A stretch of DNA of 62,197 bases, filler included. It is 4 parts of 4 records of this genome, joined end to end, with 100 filler letters (N's around TTAATTAATTAA, not from the genome) between each part and the next. Parts side by side here need not be neighbours in the genome. Positions count along the whole stretch, not along the records: positions 1 to 25,806 come from DRR723986_7763; 3 more parts are not named here. One strand, given 5' to 3'. Position numbers and translations under genes: made by a program. Shown in pieces: positions 1 through 10,103 of this stretch (position 1 is its first letter; each line of letters begins with the position of its first letter). The notes under the pieces are model-generated. The model was not told the DNA's origin. It saw only the letters and a list, made by a program, of their open reading frames with translations, and did no database searches.

Positions 1-330
1 GCCGCTGTCGATGCTTTCCATCACAGCCAGTTCGCGGGCGTTGCGCGTCAACAACTTGGCAAAGCGGATCAAGATGTCTTTGCGTTCAGACGGATGCATC
101 CGCGACCAGCGCCCATCTTCAAACGCATCCCGTGCTTTTGAAACGGCGAAATCCACATCCTCGGCCCCGCAGGCCGCAATCTCTGCGAGTGTTTCGCCCG
201 TTGCCGGGTTCACAGTGGCAAAGGTTTTGCCCGACGCCGCAGGACGGTATCCACCGTCAATATAGGCATTCACCGGCAAGGTAAGGTCGCCAGCAAGGGC
301 GCGGTATTCTTCTTGTGTCAGCAAATCCAT
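1..330 (-). CDS. Aldehyde dehydrogenase (PuuC-like), N-terminal part, runs off the window edge
   Basis: Manual translation from ATG at 330: MDLLTQEEYRALAGDLTLPVNAYIDGGYRPAASGKTFATVNPATGETLAEIAACGAEDVDFAVSKAR...ESIDSG, a typical ALDH N-terminus. Not in the ORF track. Confidence 0.9.
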   Translation of the reverse strand, partial: MDLLTQEEYRALAGDLTLPVNAYIDGGYRPAASGKTFATVNPATGETLAEIAACGAEDVDFAVSKARDAFEDGRWSRMHPSERKDILIRFAKLLTRNARELAVMESIDSG

Positions 331-335
331 GGCTC

Positions 336-1256
336 TTACCCCTCTGCCTGAATGTCAGCGATGGTGCGCTTCAGCACCTTGATCACCTGTTCCAAGGCGC
401 GTTTATCGTCTTTGTTCAATCCCTTAAGCGGCGGGCGCATAGGGCCGGTGTCGATCCCGTTCAAGGTCACGCCATGCTTGATGCATTGGATGAATTTGCC
501 GCCCTGCTCTAACACGCGCATCAGGGGCATCATCGCCGACATGATCCGGCGACCTTTGTCGAAATTACCCTCGACCGCGCAGGCATTGTACAGCGCCAGA
601 TGTTCAGACGGTAAAAAGTTCGACCCACCGCAGACCCAGCTGCGCGCACCCCAGGCAAAAAATTCCAACGCCTGATCATCCATGCCACAGGACATTTGAA
701 TATGCGGATAGTCGCGCGCCAACAGGTGCACCCGGTTGATATCGCCCGAGCTTTCCTTGATCGCGCAGATATTGCGGGACCGTCCGACCCGGTCGAGAAA
801 CTCTTCGCCCATGTGCACGCCCATGCGGCCGGGATAGTTATAGAGCATCACCGGCAAGTTCGCGGCCTTGTCGATGGCCAGCGCGTTCAGCGCGTTTTCC
901 CGTTCTGTTGGAACCGAATAGGGCGGCGTGGCCAGCAAGATCGCATCAGCGCCGATCTCGCGCGCGCCGGTTGCCAAAGCGATTGAATCCGGCGTCATCA
1001 TGGCCCCGGTCCCAACAATCACAGGCACCCGACCTTTGGATTGTTCGCGGGTGAACTTGGCCACTGCAATGCGTTCCTCGACGCCCTGTGCATAGTTTTC
1101 GCCGGTTGATCCACCTGAGATCAGCCCATGCACACCAGAACTGATCAGGAATTCGATCACCTCGGCCAGAGCCTCCCAATGGACGCTGCCATCATCGTGA
1201 AACGGCGTCACGACAGGGGTATAGATCCCCTCGAATTTGAAAATCGGAGTCATCAT
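336..1256 (-). CDS. Dihydrodipicolinate synthase (DapA-like) family aldolase/dehydratase
   Basis: TPF, GSTGE, LYNYP and IKESSGD (Schiff-base Lys) motifs; catabolic context next to the ALDH. Confidence 0.88.
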   Translation of the reverse strand: MMTPIFKFEGIYTPVVTPFHDDGSVHWEALAEVIEFLISSGVHGLISGGSTGENYAQGVEERIAVAKFTREQSKGRVPVIVGTGAMMTPDSIALATGAREIGADAILLATPPYSVPTERENALNALAIDKAANLPVMLYNYPGRMGVHMGEEFLDRVGRSRNICAIKESSGDINRVHLLARDYPHIQMSCGMDDQALEFFAWGARSWVCGGSNFLPSEHLALYNACAVEGNFDKGRRIMSAMMPLMRVLEQGGKFIQCIKHGVTLNGIDTGPMRPPLKGLNKDDKRALEQVIKVLKRTIADIQAEG

Positions 1257-1260
1257 GTCC

Positions 1261-1971
1261 TCATGCAGGGGTTTTGCGCGCCATGGTGCCCAACGGCATA
1301 TCCAACCCGGCGGGCATTACAAAAAGTTCGATTTGGTCGCGCGACAGATTCCAGTGATCTATCGCCAACTGAGCAGCGGCGTTGGCATTCTTGGCCTCGA
1401 TCGCAGCGATAATCGCATCATGTTGGGCGCTGGCCTCTGACACGTTGTCAGCCATGCGGGCGTCTTGCGGACGGTAAAACGTCATCGAGATCCGGGCATG
1501 GTCAATCAACAGACGCTGAAACGACGGCATCAGGTAAATGTTGTCCGCCATTTCACCCGTGACCTCGTGGAACCGGTTGTTTGCCATTGCACGCGCCGAG
1601 CCATCACCGCGATGCAGGGCAGCTTTGAAATCCTCTTGTGCGGCCTTCAAATCGACAATCTGCTCGTGACGCGCATTTTGCGCCGCCAATTGCAGCACTG
1701 CGCCGTAAACCATCGGGGCCGCCAGAAAGAAGTCGCGCAGGGTGGTGTGCGACATTTCACTGACCCGCGCCCCGCGATTTTCGCGCAGGTCAAGATACCC
1801 CTCGCCCGCCAATTGACGAAACACCTCACGCAGGGGGGTGCGCGACAAAGAAAAATCGTCGCTCAGGCTTGCCTCATCCAAATCGGCACCGGGGCGCAGT
1901 TCCAATGTCATGACAGCCGACTTGAGATGCGCATAAAGCTCAGCTTTGCGCTGTTTGGACGTGTCTTTCAT
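1261..1971 (-). CDS. GntR/FCD family transcriptional regulator
   Basis: wHTH LSRTPLRE plus FCD NNRFH; start moved to MKDTSK (GAGGGG upstream). Confidence 0.9.
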   Translation of the reverse strand: MKDTSKQRKAELYAHLKSAVMTLELRPGADLDEASLSDDFSLSRTPLREVFRQLAGEGYLDLRENRGARVSEMSHTTLRDFFLAAPMVYGAVLQLAAQNARHEQIVDLKAAQEDFKAALHRGDGSARAMANNRFHEVTGEMADNIYLMPSFQRLLIDHARISMTFYRPQDARMADNVSEASAQHDAIIAAIEAKNANAAAQLAIDHWNLSRDQIELFVMPAGLDMPLGTMARKTPA

Positions 1972-2136
1972 GTCTTCCCCCTCATTTCTGAGTGTCTGTT
2001 TGCTGCAAATGAAACCTGCACAAACTGTGAGTCGACTACTGATTAGACTTGAAAATACAATTTGTACACAATAAAAATATCTGAGCAAAACAGAGTCACA
2101 ATCGACTCACCCCACGCGCCACCAGAAAGCTCCCCA

Positions 2137-3087
2137 ATGGCAAAACCTCAGCATTTCATCTTTCTTCTGGTCCACGACTTTACCCACATCGCATTTTCCT
2201 GCGCTGTCGAACCCTTGCGAATTGCCAATCTGGTCAGCGGGAAAGAGCTTTATACGTGGTCGTATGCCTCTGAGAACGGCGAGACCGCGACCTGTTCAAA
2301 CGGCTCTGTGACCCTGGTTCATCATAAACAAGATGCGCTGCCGGACTGTGACCGGCTGTTTGTGTTGTCGGGCATTCGGGTTCAGGACCATACAGACAAG
2401 CCCTTGCTCAGCTGCTTGCGCAGGGAACGGGCGCGTGGAACAAAAATTGGCGCGCTGTGCTCGGGCGCTTATGTTCTGGCCAAAGCAGGGTTTCTGACAG
2501 GAATCCAAACCGCAATCCACTGGGAATTCCACGATGGCTTCATGGAGGAGTTTCCGCAGGTTAATCTGGTTCGAAATGTCTTTGTGTCTGATGAAAAGAT
2601 CATCACCGCATCGGGCGGGACCGCAACGGCGGACCTGATGCTGCACATGATTGAACGTGATCACGGCTATGATCTGTCGGTCGCTGTGTCCGATCAAATG
2701 GTCTACAACGCAGTGCGCGATGCCACCGCCGAACAACGGGTTTCCCTGCAATCACGCCACGGGATGCGCAACAAGCACCTCGCCCGCGCCATCCAAAAGA
2801 TGCACGAAACCATCGAATACCCCATCTCGCCAACGCTGATCGCCGAAGAAATCGGGGTTTCTACGCGACAGATGGAGCGCTTGTTCGGAAAATTCCTGAA
2901 CTGTTCACCCAAGAAATACTACGTTGAAATCCGTCTGGAACGGGCCCGCCATCTCTTGCTGCAAACCGAGGGATCCGTGACCGAAATCTCGCTCGCTTGC
3001 GGCTTTGAAAGTGCTGGCCACTTCTCCCGCGTTTACAGGTCCGCCTTTGGCGTCACACCCTCAGTTCAGCGCAGCAGGCTTAGCTAA
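2137..3087 (+). CDS. GlxA-family AraC regulator (DJ-1/PfpI domain plus AraC HTH)
   Basis: ALCSGAYVLA, IHWE and ACGFESAGHFSRVYR motifs; start moved to MAKPQH. Confidence 0.9.
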   Translation: MAKPQHFIFLLVHDFTHIAFSCAVEPLRIANLVSGKELYTWSYASENGETATCSNGSVTLVHHKQDALPDCDRLFVLSGIRVQDHTDKPLLSCLRRERARGTKIGALCSGAYVLAKAGFLTGIQTAIHWEFHDGFMEEFPQVNLVRNVFVSDEKIITASGGTATADLMLHMIERDHGYDLSVAVSDQMVYNAVRDATAEQRVSLQSRHGMRNKHLARAIQKMHETIEYPISPTLIAEEIGVSTRQMERLFGKFLNCSPKKYYVEIRLERARHLLLQTEGSVTEISLACGFESAGHFSRVYRSAFGVTPSVQRSRLS

Positions 3088-3093
3088 GCCTGC

Positions 3094-3825
3094 TCAGCGA
3101 TAGCGAAACGCCAACAGCGGGATTGAAAACAGATAGAGCAGGGCGAGCAAGGCAAACGAATACCAAGAAAACGACAGGATCAGCACCAAGAACACCGCAC
3201 CCAGAAACGACACCAGCCGCGCGTTGGCTGATTTCATTTTGAACATCTTGGGCGAATAGGTCGGGATCGTGCTGATCGCCAAAAGTGCCACACCAACCAA
3301 ATAGACAAGAAAGATGTCTTGGAAAAAGTCAGTCGGCGTAAAACCACTTTGTTTCAGATAGATCGGCAGCAGCGACAGGAATGCCAGAGCCGGGGCCGGA
3401 ACCCCCACAAAGGCGGACGATCCGTTGGTCTCAGGCTCTGAACTGGCCACGTTAAACCGTGCCAAACGCAACATGCAGCACACAACCAGAAACAGGACCA
3501 CAGCCCAGCCAATGCCCATCTGGTCCGTGCCATCAAACATGAAACGATACAGCAACAGGCCCGGCGCGATACCAAAGCACAGGAAATCAGAGAACGAATC
3601 CAGTTCAGCGCCAAATCGGCTTTCGGCCTTAAGCAGGCGCGCCACGCGCCCATCCAAGCCGTCCAAAATGATCGCGATCAGAATAAGATAGATAGCGGGC
3701 TCCAGCCGGTCCATCAGGGTCATCCGCAAAGACGTCAGCCCCGAACACAGCGACAATACAGTCACAGCATTGGGGATATTGCGCGTCAGATACCCACTTG
3801 AAAACCCGGATCCCGCTCGCTTCAT
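3094..3825 (-). CDS. pssA: CDP-diacylglycerol--serine O-phosphatidyltransferase
   Basis: DGLDGRVAR...[12 protein letters not shown]-alcohol phosphotransferase motif and RLARFN; start overlaps the psd stop (ATGA). Confidence 0.9.
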   Translation of the reverse strand: MKRAGSGFSSGYLTRNIPNAVTVLSLCSGLTSLRMTLMDRLEPAIYLILIAIILDGLDGRVARLLKAESRFGAELDSFSDFLCFGIAPGLLLYRFMFDGTDQMGIGWAVVLFLVVCCMLRLARFNVASSEPETNGSSAFVGVPAPALAFLSLLPIYLKQSGFTPTDFFQDIFLVYLVGVALLAISTIPTYSPKMFKMKSANARLVSFLGAVFLVLILSFSWYSFALLALLYLFSIPLLAFRYR

Positions 3826-4514
3826 ATCATAGTCCCTAATCGCTTGCTTTGCTCTTCGCCAAGAGTGGCCAAGACTGTTTCGCCTGCGGTGGTGGTTTGC
3901 CCAAGTGTCGCCAACGGCTGCACACCAACGGGGAGGTACACATCTAGACGACTTCCAAAGCGGATCAAACCAAATCGTTCCCCAACACTGAGAGTTTCTG
4001 TCTCTTTCGTAAAGCACACGATCCGGCGCGCAACCAAACCTGCGATCTGAACCACGGCGATATCGGTGGCATCGTTCCGACGGATGGCGAGACCGTTCCG
4101 CTCGTTATGTTCGCTGGCTTTGTCCAAAGACGCGTTCACAAATTTTCCTTTGTGATAGACGATTTTGGTCACTTCGCCCGTCATCGGCATCCGGTTCACA
4201 TGGCAGTTGAACACGCTCATGAACACAGACACGCGGATACGCGGCGCATCCCCCAGACCCAATTCTGGTGGCGCCACGGTTTCCGTTATCAACGACACCA
4301 CCCCATCAGCGGGTGATACGATCAATCCCTCGTCCGTTGGCACCGAACGCACAGGGTCGCGGAAAAAGTAGTAACACCAGACCGTCAGTCCCAAACCGAT
4401 CCAGAACAAGGGTTCAAACAGGAAACCTGCGGCGACACTGATCGCGGCAAATGTCGCAACAAACTTACGACCCTCGGGGTGCATCGGCACCGCCACGATT
4501 TTGAGCATATTCAT
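3822..4514 (-). CDS. psd: Phosphatidylserine decarboxylase proenzyme
   Basis: FFRDP, SPADG, FNCHVNR and the FGS self-cleavage motif. Confidence 0.93.
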   Translation of the reverse strand: MNMLKIVAVPMHPEGRKFVATFAAISVAAGFLFEPLFWIGLGLTVWCYYFFRDPVRSVPTDEGLIVSPADGVVSLITETVAPPELGLGDAPRIRVSVFMSVFNCHVNRMPMTGEVTKIVYHKGKFVNASLDKASEHNERNGLAIRRNDATDIAVVQIAGLVARRIVCFTKETETLSVGERFGLIRFGSRLDVYLPVGVQPLATLGQTTTAGETVLATLGEEQSKRLGTMI

Positions 4515-4865
4515 AGTGCGTCCTACTTCCGCAGCATTTCTGTTACAAACTTGTTCATTACGGCATGCCCCATCGATAGCAATAGGCAGAATGCGACAAA
4601 CCCACCATAACCGGCGAGTGTTTCGCAAATGCCGCCTGCTTGCCTGACACCCCTGCTACAATTTGGGGGCTTTGGAATCAGGTGGCGCAATGATCGGCCT
4701 TCGCTACGACACACAACCCATAAAGCCAATGCATTTGATCGACGCGACATCATATCGTGATAGGTCTTAACAGCCCCCAAAGGGCAGTATTGCGCTGTGA
4801 AAAACCCTTGCCCCCACGCCCAAAACAGACAAAGTGGCCGCACGTAGACATAGCAAGAGGCCCCT

Positions 4866-5468
4866 ATGCAGACTATCGACACACTGGCCGCGCTTGAGGC
4901 ACTCTATGATGCTCCGGTGCCCGCGTCGCTTACCAAAGTCACGCCACGCATCACCCCGCACTATCGCACTTGGATCGGCGCATCGCGCTTTGTGATCCTG
5001 TCGACAATCGGCCCCGAGGGCACCGATGCCAGCCCCCGCGGGGACAATGAACCGGTCGTCACAATTGCAGATGACAAGACAATCCTTTTGCCCGATTGGC
5101 GCGGTAATAACCGGATCGACTCGCTCAGGAACATTGTGCGCGACAACCGGGTCAGTCTAATGTTCATGGTGCCCGGGTCCAACAACGTGGTGCGAGTCAA
5201 CGGAACAGGGGCTATTACCGCTGACCCCTCCGTGACCGAACAATTCAAAAAGCGCAGCACCAGCCCGAAAACCGTCATCGTGATCACCATTGATGAGCTC
5301 TATTTTCAATGCGCCAAGGCCCTGATGCGATCAGCCCTCTGGAGCAGCCCGGACGAAAGCGCATCAGTACCAACCGCCGGGCAATTCGTCAAAGAGATGC
5401 AAAGCAATTTTGATGCTGAAAGCTATGACAGCGGATATCCGGAATACGCCAAAACGCGCATGTGGTAG
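4866..5468 (+). CDS. Pyridoxamine 5'-phosphate oxidase-like FMN-binding protein (MSMEG_1061-like)
   Basis: DASPRGD, PDWRGNNRIDS and YFQCAKALMRS motifs. Confidence 0.85.
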   Translation: MQTIDTLAALEALYDAPVPASLTKVTPRITPHYRTWIGASRFVILSTIGPEGTDASPRGDNEPVVTIADDKTILLPDWRGNNRIDSLRNIVRDNRVSLMFMVPGSNNVVRVNGTGAITADPSVTEQFKKRSTSPKTVIVITIDELYFQCAKALMRSALWSSPDESASVPTAGQFVKEMQSNFDAESYDSGYPEYAKTRMW

Positions 5469-5480
5469 GCGTCCTTAGAT

Positions 5481-5514
5481 CTGAGTTGGGCCCATTCGCT
5501 TGGGCCCAACTCAG
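5481..5514. terminator. Perfect 14-bp hairpin between convergent genes, probable bidirectional terminator
   Basis: CTGAGTTGGGCCCA-ttcgct-TGGGCCCAACTCAG; no clear U-tract. Confidence 0.6.
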
Positions 5515-5519
5515 GTGTC

Positions 5520-6839
5520 TTACAGCGATTGCGTAATCGCCAGATCCAGCTTGGTGACGATCTCATCAATCTGGTCTTCGGTCAGGATAAAGGGCGGTGC
5601 CAAAAGGATGTGATCCCCATGCACACCGTCGCGCGTGCCTGACATCGGATAGCAGATCAAACCGGCCTCAAATGCGGCTTTCTTGATCTTTTTGGCCAGC
5701 CCAAGCTTGGGATCAAACGGCGTTTTGGTTTCGCGATCTTCCACCAGCTCAATGCCACGGAACAGGCCCCGTCCCCGGATATCACCGACATTGGGATGCT
5801 GGCCAAACTTCTGCACCAGCGCTGATTGCAGTTTTTCACCCATCTCAGCGCTGCGCTGCACCAATCCCCGATCCAGCATGGTTTTGACAACGGCCAAAGC
5901 CGCAGCTGTCGCAACCGGGTGTCCGAGATAGGTGTGACCGTGCTGGAAAAATCCTGATCCGTCTTCGATCGCCTGATAAATCTGCTTGGAACACAGCATC
6001 GCGCCAATCGGCTGATAACCCGCACCCAAGCCTTTGGCGATGCACAAGATATCAGGTGCGACCCCATCCGCGTCGCAGGCGAACAGGTGACCCGTTCGCC
6101 CCATGCCGCACATCACCTCGTCCAAGATCAACAACACGCCATACTTGTCACAGATTTCGCGAATGCGCTTGAAATACCCTTCAACCGCAGGCACCGCGCC
6201 CGAGGTTGCACCAACAACAGGTTCGGCCATGAATGCCATAACGCTGTCTTCGCCCAACCGCAGGATTTCATCCTCTAGGTCCTGTGCCGCGCGCTGACCG
6301 TAATCAAAGGCGCTTTCGTCCTCGGCACGGTCAACGTATTCGTAACAGGGCGCGATGTGGCTGATATCAATCAACAAAGGTGCAAACTGCTGACGCCGCC
6401 ATTCATTGCCACCCGCCGCCAAGGCCCCCAAGGTATTGCCGTGATAGCTTTGGCGTCGTGCGATGATGTGGCGGCGTTGCGGCTCGCCCCGTTCCAGATG
6501 GTACTGACGCGCCAGCTTGATGGCGGATTCTGTGGCCTCGGACCCGCCCGACACGAAATAGACCCGGTCCAGATCACCCGGCGCGTTTGCAATCAACAGA
6601 TCCGCCAGTTCCTCGGCAGGTTCCGAGGTCAAGAACCCCGTATGGGCAAAGGCCAGCTTTGCCACCTGATCCTGCACCGCCTTAATCACTTCGGCATCTG
6701 AATGGCCCAGACAGGACACCGCAGCGCCACCGGATCCGTCGAAATAGCGCTTGCCATCGGCATCAATCAAATAGCAGCCATCGCCCGATACGGCTGTAGG
6801 TGGGTTGGCTTTGGTGTGGCGTGGAAAGACATGGCTCAT
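5520..6839 (-). CDS. Class III PLP-dependent aminotransferase
   Basis: SGGSEATE, SYHGNT, DEVMCGMGRTG, AKGLGAG and HGHTY motifs. Confidence 0.92.
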   Translation of the reverse strand: MSHVFPRHTKANPPTAVSGDGCYLIDADGKRYFDGSGGAAVSCLGHSDAEVIKAVQDQVAKLAFAHTGFLTSEPAEELADLLIANAPGDLDRVYFVSGGSEATESAIKLARQYHLERGEPQRRHIIARRQSYHGNTLGALAAGGNEWRRQQFAPLLIDISHIAPCYEYVDRAEDESAFDYGQRAAQDLEDEILRLGEDSVMAFMAEPVVGATSGAVPAVEGYFKRIREICDKYGVLLILDEVMCGMGRTGHLFACDADGVAPDILCIAKGLGAGYQPIGAMLCSKQIYQAIEDGSGFFQHGHTYLGHPVATAAALAVVKTMLDRGLVQRSAEMGEKLQSALVQKFGQHPNVGDIRGRGLFRGIELVEDRETKTPFDPKLGLAKKIKKAAFEAGLICYPMSGTRDGVHGDHILLAPPFILTEDQIDEIVTKLDLAITQSL

Positions 6840-7618
6840 CAGGCAACCTCGTTCAATGTGTGTCTCGCAGTTTCGGCTGCGCGGACAAATGCAGCAACCG
6901 AAGCCGCGTTGTCGGCGAAAACCTCGCCTTTTGGTGTTTCAGTGTTATTCTCAAACCCAATCCGCACCGCGCCGCCGTATTTCAGCGCCTCTAGCAGACA
7001 GGTATGTTCGTAACGGCCAAAGGCACAAACTGTCCAATCAAGATTGGCCCCTTTGGTGTCATTCAGGAACGGCAGCAGCCCCTCTGGCCGCGCCAGTACC
7101 GGCGGATTGTACTGCCCAAGGACAAAAATCACCTGGTTCTGTCCCGGATTGATCACTCCAGAGTGCCGCCAGTCCAACAGCGTCTTGATACAGTCAGGCC
7201 CATACAAGATATGCTGCACCTCGGTTCCCGCCTCAGAGCATAAGGCATAGACGCGCGCCGCGATTTCGGGATCACGCGCCATTTCGCGCACCGAAATGCT
7301 GGCCGCTGCAGGTCGCAGGGCCGCCAGCGTCTGATATTGTTCGCCAACCTGAAAGATACCGCCGGACTCGGTCGTGATTTGGATCGCCATATGTGGGGCC
7401 GCAGTCTCAACCGCCGCAATCGCCTCGCGATAGCGACCCGGGTCCAGCGAATGGCAGCCCGTGTCATCGCGCACGTGCAGATGCAGCGCATGTGCCCCCG
7501 CCAGCTGACAGGCGCGCGCAGTTTCTGCGATCTGATCTGTTGTCACCGGCAAGGCCGGGTGATCGCTGCGCTGACGTCGCGCCCCATTGGGCGCGACTGT
7601 GATCAATGGTAAAGGCAT
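6839..7618 (-). CDS. Beta-keto acid cleavage enzyme (BKACE/DUF849, Kce family)
   Basis: ITVAPNGA, HLHVRD (metal-binding HxH) and RIGFEN motifs. Confidence 0.88.
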   Translation of the reverse strand: MPLPLITVAPNGARRQRSDHPALPVTTDQIAETARACQLAGAHALHLHVRDDTGCHSLDPGRYREAIAAVETAAPHMAIQITTESGGIFQVGEQYQTLAALRPAAASISVREMARDPEIAARVYALCSEAGTEVQHILYGPDCIKTLLDWRHSGVINPGQNQVIFVLGQYNPPVLARPEGLLPFLNDTKGANLDWTVCAFGRYEHTCLLEALKYGGAVRIGFENNTETPKGEVFADNAASVAAFVRAAETARHTLNEVA

Positions 7619-7622
7619 CGCG

Positions 7623-10007
7623 TCACCCTCTCATCCGGCTGCCGGTTGGATCATAGGCTGGCGCAAACTGCACCCACGCCGCAAACCGCGTGCCCGCTAT
7701 GTCCATCTCGACCTCGGCCCCATCCGCGTCGTCCATATGAACGCTGGCCAAACAGATCGGCTTGCCAATGCGATAGCCAAAGCTGGCCGAGGTTGTGTGG
7801 CCGACGATTTTGTCCCCGAAATAGATCGGCTCGTGACCCAAAGGCACCGCGTTGACGTCATCAATGATCACCGTCATCAACGACCGCTTGCCAGTGGCCC
7901 GACGCTCAACCAGCGCCGCAGAGCCGACAAAATCTTTCTTCTTGGACACCATCATATCCATGCCGGTTTCAATCGGGGTGATGTCACTGTCCAGCTCGTG
8001 GCCCATCGCGGCAAAGCCCTTTTCGATCCGCATCGAAGATTGCGCATACATGCCCGCCGGTGTCGCCCCTGCTGCGACCAAAGCGTCATAAACCGCCTGC
8101 GCATTCTCGGCCTTCATGGTGATCTCCCAGCCGGCCTCGCCTACATAAGACATGCGGACCGCACGCACATGTTTGCCCGCAATATGTGCCGGGCCAACTT
8201 TGAAATACCCCAACTTGATCAGCTCTGGCGCACCAACTTCGACTGCTATCCGTGCCGCTTCGGGGCCCATCAGGCCCAGAACAGCATAATCTTCGGTGCT
8301 GTCCGTCAGGGTCACATCAAACCCATCCGAGTGGCGCTTAAACCACGACAGATCCCGTTTGATCGCGTTGGTGCCCACAAACAGACGATAATGATCCTCG
8401 GCTATGCGGTGCGCGGTGATGTCTGATTCATAGGTGCCCCGTTCATTCAGAACCGCAGAATAGATCGCGCTGCCCGGTGCCTTGGCCATGTTCGACGCAC
8501 AAACGTGCTGCATGAACGCCTCGGCATCTGCGCCGTGCACTTCGATCTTACCAAAGGGTGACGCATCAAAGATCGCCGCACTTTCATGGGCTGCTTTGAC
8601 CTCGGCCGCGACGTTGTCGAACCAATCCGGCTTGCCAAATGTCATCTTAGGCTCGGCCGTTTTGCCGAAATAAAGCGGACGTTCCCAGCCATAAAACTGA
8701 CCAAAGTGCGCCCCTGCCGCCTTATAGGATTGCTCCAGCGGCAGGGCACGCAGATTCCGAGCCGTTGAGAGCTGCCGCCCCGGAAATGCAATTTCGTAAT
8801 GGGTACCCAGAATTTCGGGCGCGCGCGCCATCAGGTGGTCAAGGCTGTTGAACACCGGCGCAAAGCGTTTTGCATCCGCTTCGCCCAGATCATAGGCCGT
8901 CCGACCATGCACGATGCAATGGGCAAGGTTCATGCCCGCACCGCCGCCCGACGCCATACCGACCGAGTTCATACCACAGCCCAGGAACAACCCCTTGGTT
9001 TCAGCAGTTTCCCCCAGCATGAACATCCCATCCGGCGTAAAGCTTTCTGGTCCGTTCAACAGCATTTTAACCTCGGCAGTTTCCAACGCGGGCAGGCGAT
9101 GCAGCGCGTTCATCATCATGGGCTCAAAGTGTTCCCAATCTTCACCCAACAGACCGAATTCGAAATTCTCGTCCAGGATGCCCGGTTTGATTGGCTTGCC
9201 CATGGGTTCGAAACAACCAACCAGCAATCCACCGGAATCATCCCGAATATAAAGGTGATTATCGTGATCACTCAGCGTCGGCATGTTGCCGACGATGCCG
9301 TCAATCGGCTTGGTCAACAGATAGAAATGTTCGCACGCCAGCGCAGGAATTTCCGCCCCGGCCATGGCCCCCACTTCACGCGACCAAAGACCGGTACACA
9401 GTGCAATCGCATCACACGATACGGTGCCTTGGGTGGTTTCAACACCAACAACTTTACCGTTTTCGGTCAAGATGCCAGTCACGCCGGTGTCTTCAAAAAT
9501 TCGCGCGCCAAGTCCCTTGGCCGCTTTGACCAAAGCCGCGCACACATCGCTGGGGGACACGCGCCCGTCGTCTGGCGACCAGACCGCGCCCAACACATCA
9601 TCCGCATTCATCAAAGGCCAGCGTTCTTTCGCCTCGCCGGCGGACACTGATACCGCCTCGACGCCATAAGCATGGGCCAGCGCCTCTTGCCGCTTGACGT
9701 GGATCATCCGGTCCTCAGTCGTGGCGATCGACAATGACCCCTTTTGGATCCAGCCAACGTTCTGACCCGTTTCCTGTTCCAGCTGCGCATACAGATCGAC
9801 AGAATACTGGATCATCCGCGTCAGGTTCTGTGAATGGCGCAGCGCCCGCACCTGCGCCGCCGAATGCCATGTGGTGCCGCTGGTCAGCTTGTTCCGCTCG
9901 ATCAAAATGGCATCTGTGACACCCATTTTGGCAAGGTGATACAGGGTCGAACACCCCATGATACCGCCACCGATGACGACCACTGAGGCATGAGTTGGGA
10001 GAGACAT
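7623..10007 (-). CDS. FAD-dependent oxidoreductase with GcvT folate-binding domain (dimethylglycine/sarcosine dehydrogenase-like)
   Basis: GGGIMG, SGTTWHSA, NGPESFTPDG, GWERP, SYVGEAGWE and RIEKG motifs; 794 aa. Confidence 0.9.
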   Translation of the reverse strand: MSLPTHASVVVIGGGIMGCSTLYHLAKMGVTDAILIERNKLTSGTTWHSAAQVRALRHSQNLTRMIQYSVDLYAQLEQETGQNVGWIQKGSLSIATTEDRMIHVKRQEALAHAYGVEAVSVSAGEAKERWPLMNADDVLGAVWSPDDGRVSPSDVCAALVKAAKGLGARIFEDTGVTGILTENGKVVGVETTQGTVSCDAIALCTGLWSREVGAMAGAEIPALACEHFYLLTKPIDGIVGNMPTLSDHDNHLYIRDDSGGLLVGCFEPMGKPIKPGILDENFEFGLLGEDWEHFEPMMMNALHRLPALETAEVKMLLNGPESFTPDGMFMLGETAETKGLFLGCGMNSVGMASGGGAGMNLAHCIVHGRTAYDLGEADAKRFAPVFNSLDHLMARAPEILGTHYEIAFPGRQLSTARNLRALPLEQSYKAAGAHFGQFYGWERPLYFGKTAEPKMTFGKPDWFDNVAAEVKAAHESAAIFDASPFGKIEVHGADAEAFMQHVCASNMAKAPGSAIYSAVLNERGTYESDITAHRIAEDHYRLFVGTNAIKRDLSWFKRHSDGFDVTLTDSTEDYAVLGLMGPEAARIAVEVGAPELIKLGYFKVGPAHIAGKHVRAVRMSYVGEAGWEITMKAENAQAVYDALVAAGATPAGMYAQSSMRIEKGFAAMGHELDSDITPIETGMDMMVSKKKDFVGSAALVERRATGKRSLMTVIIDDVNAVPLGHEPIYFGDKIVGHTTSASFGYRIGKPICLASVHMDDADGAEVEMDIAGTRFAAWVQFAPAYDPTGSRMRG

Positions 10008-10103
10008 GATAAGACTCGTTTTGGGTTCCGTTGGGTCATAGTTAGGCGCAGATCAATATTTTTGTATTTGCTATTTGCAGAACATTTGTTTTTATCTGAC
10101 TTT

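Noticed and set aside
7623-10007. Possible DMSP demethylase DmdA
   Set aside because: DmdA is a GcvT-only protein of about half this length; this one has an N-terminal FAD oxidase domain
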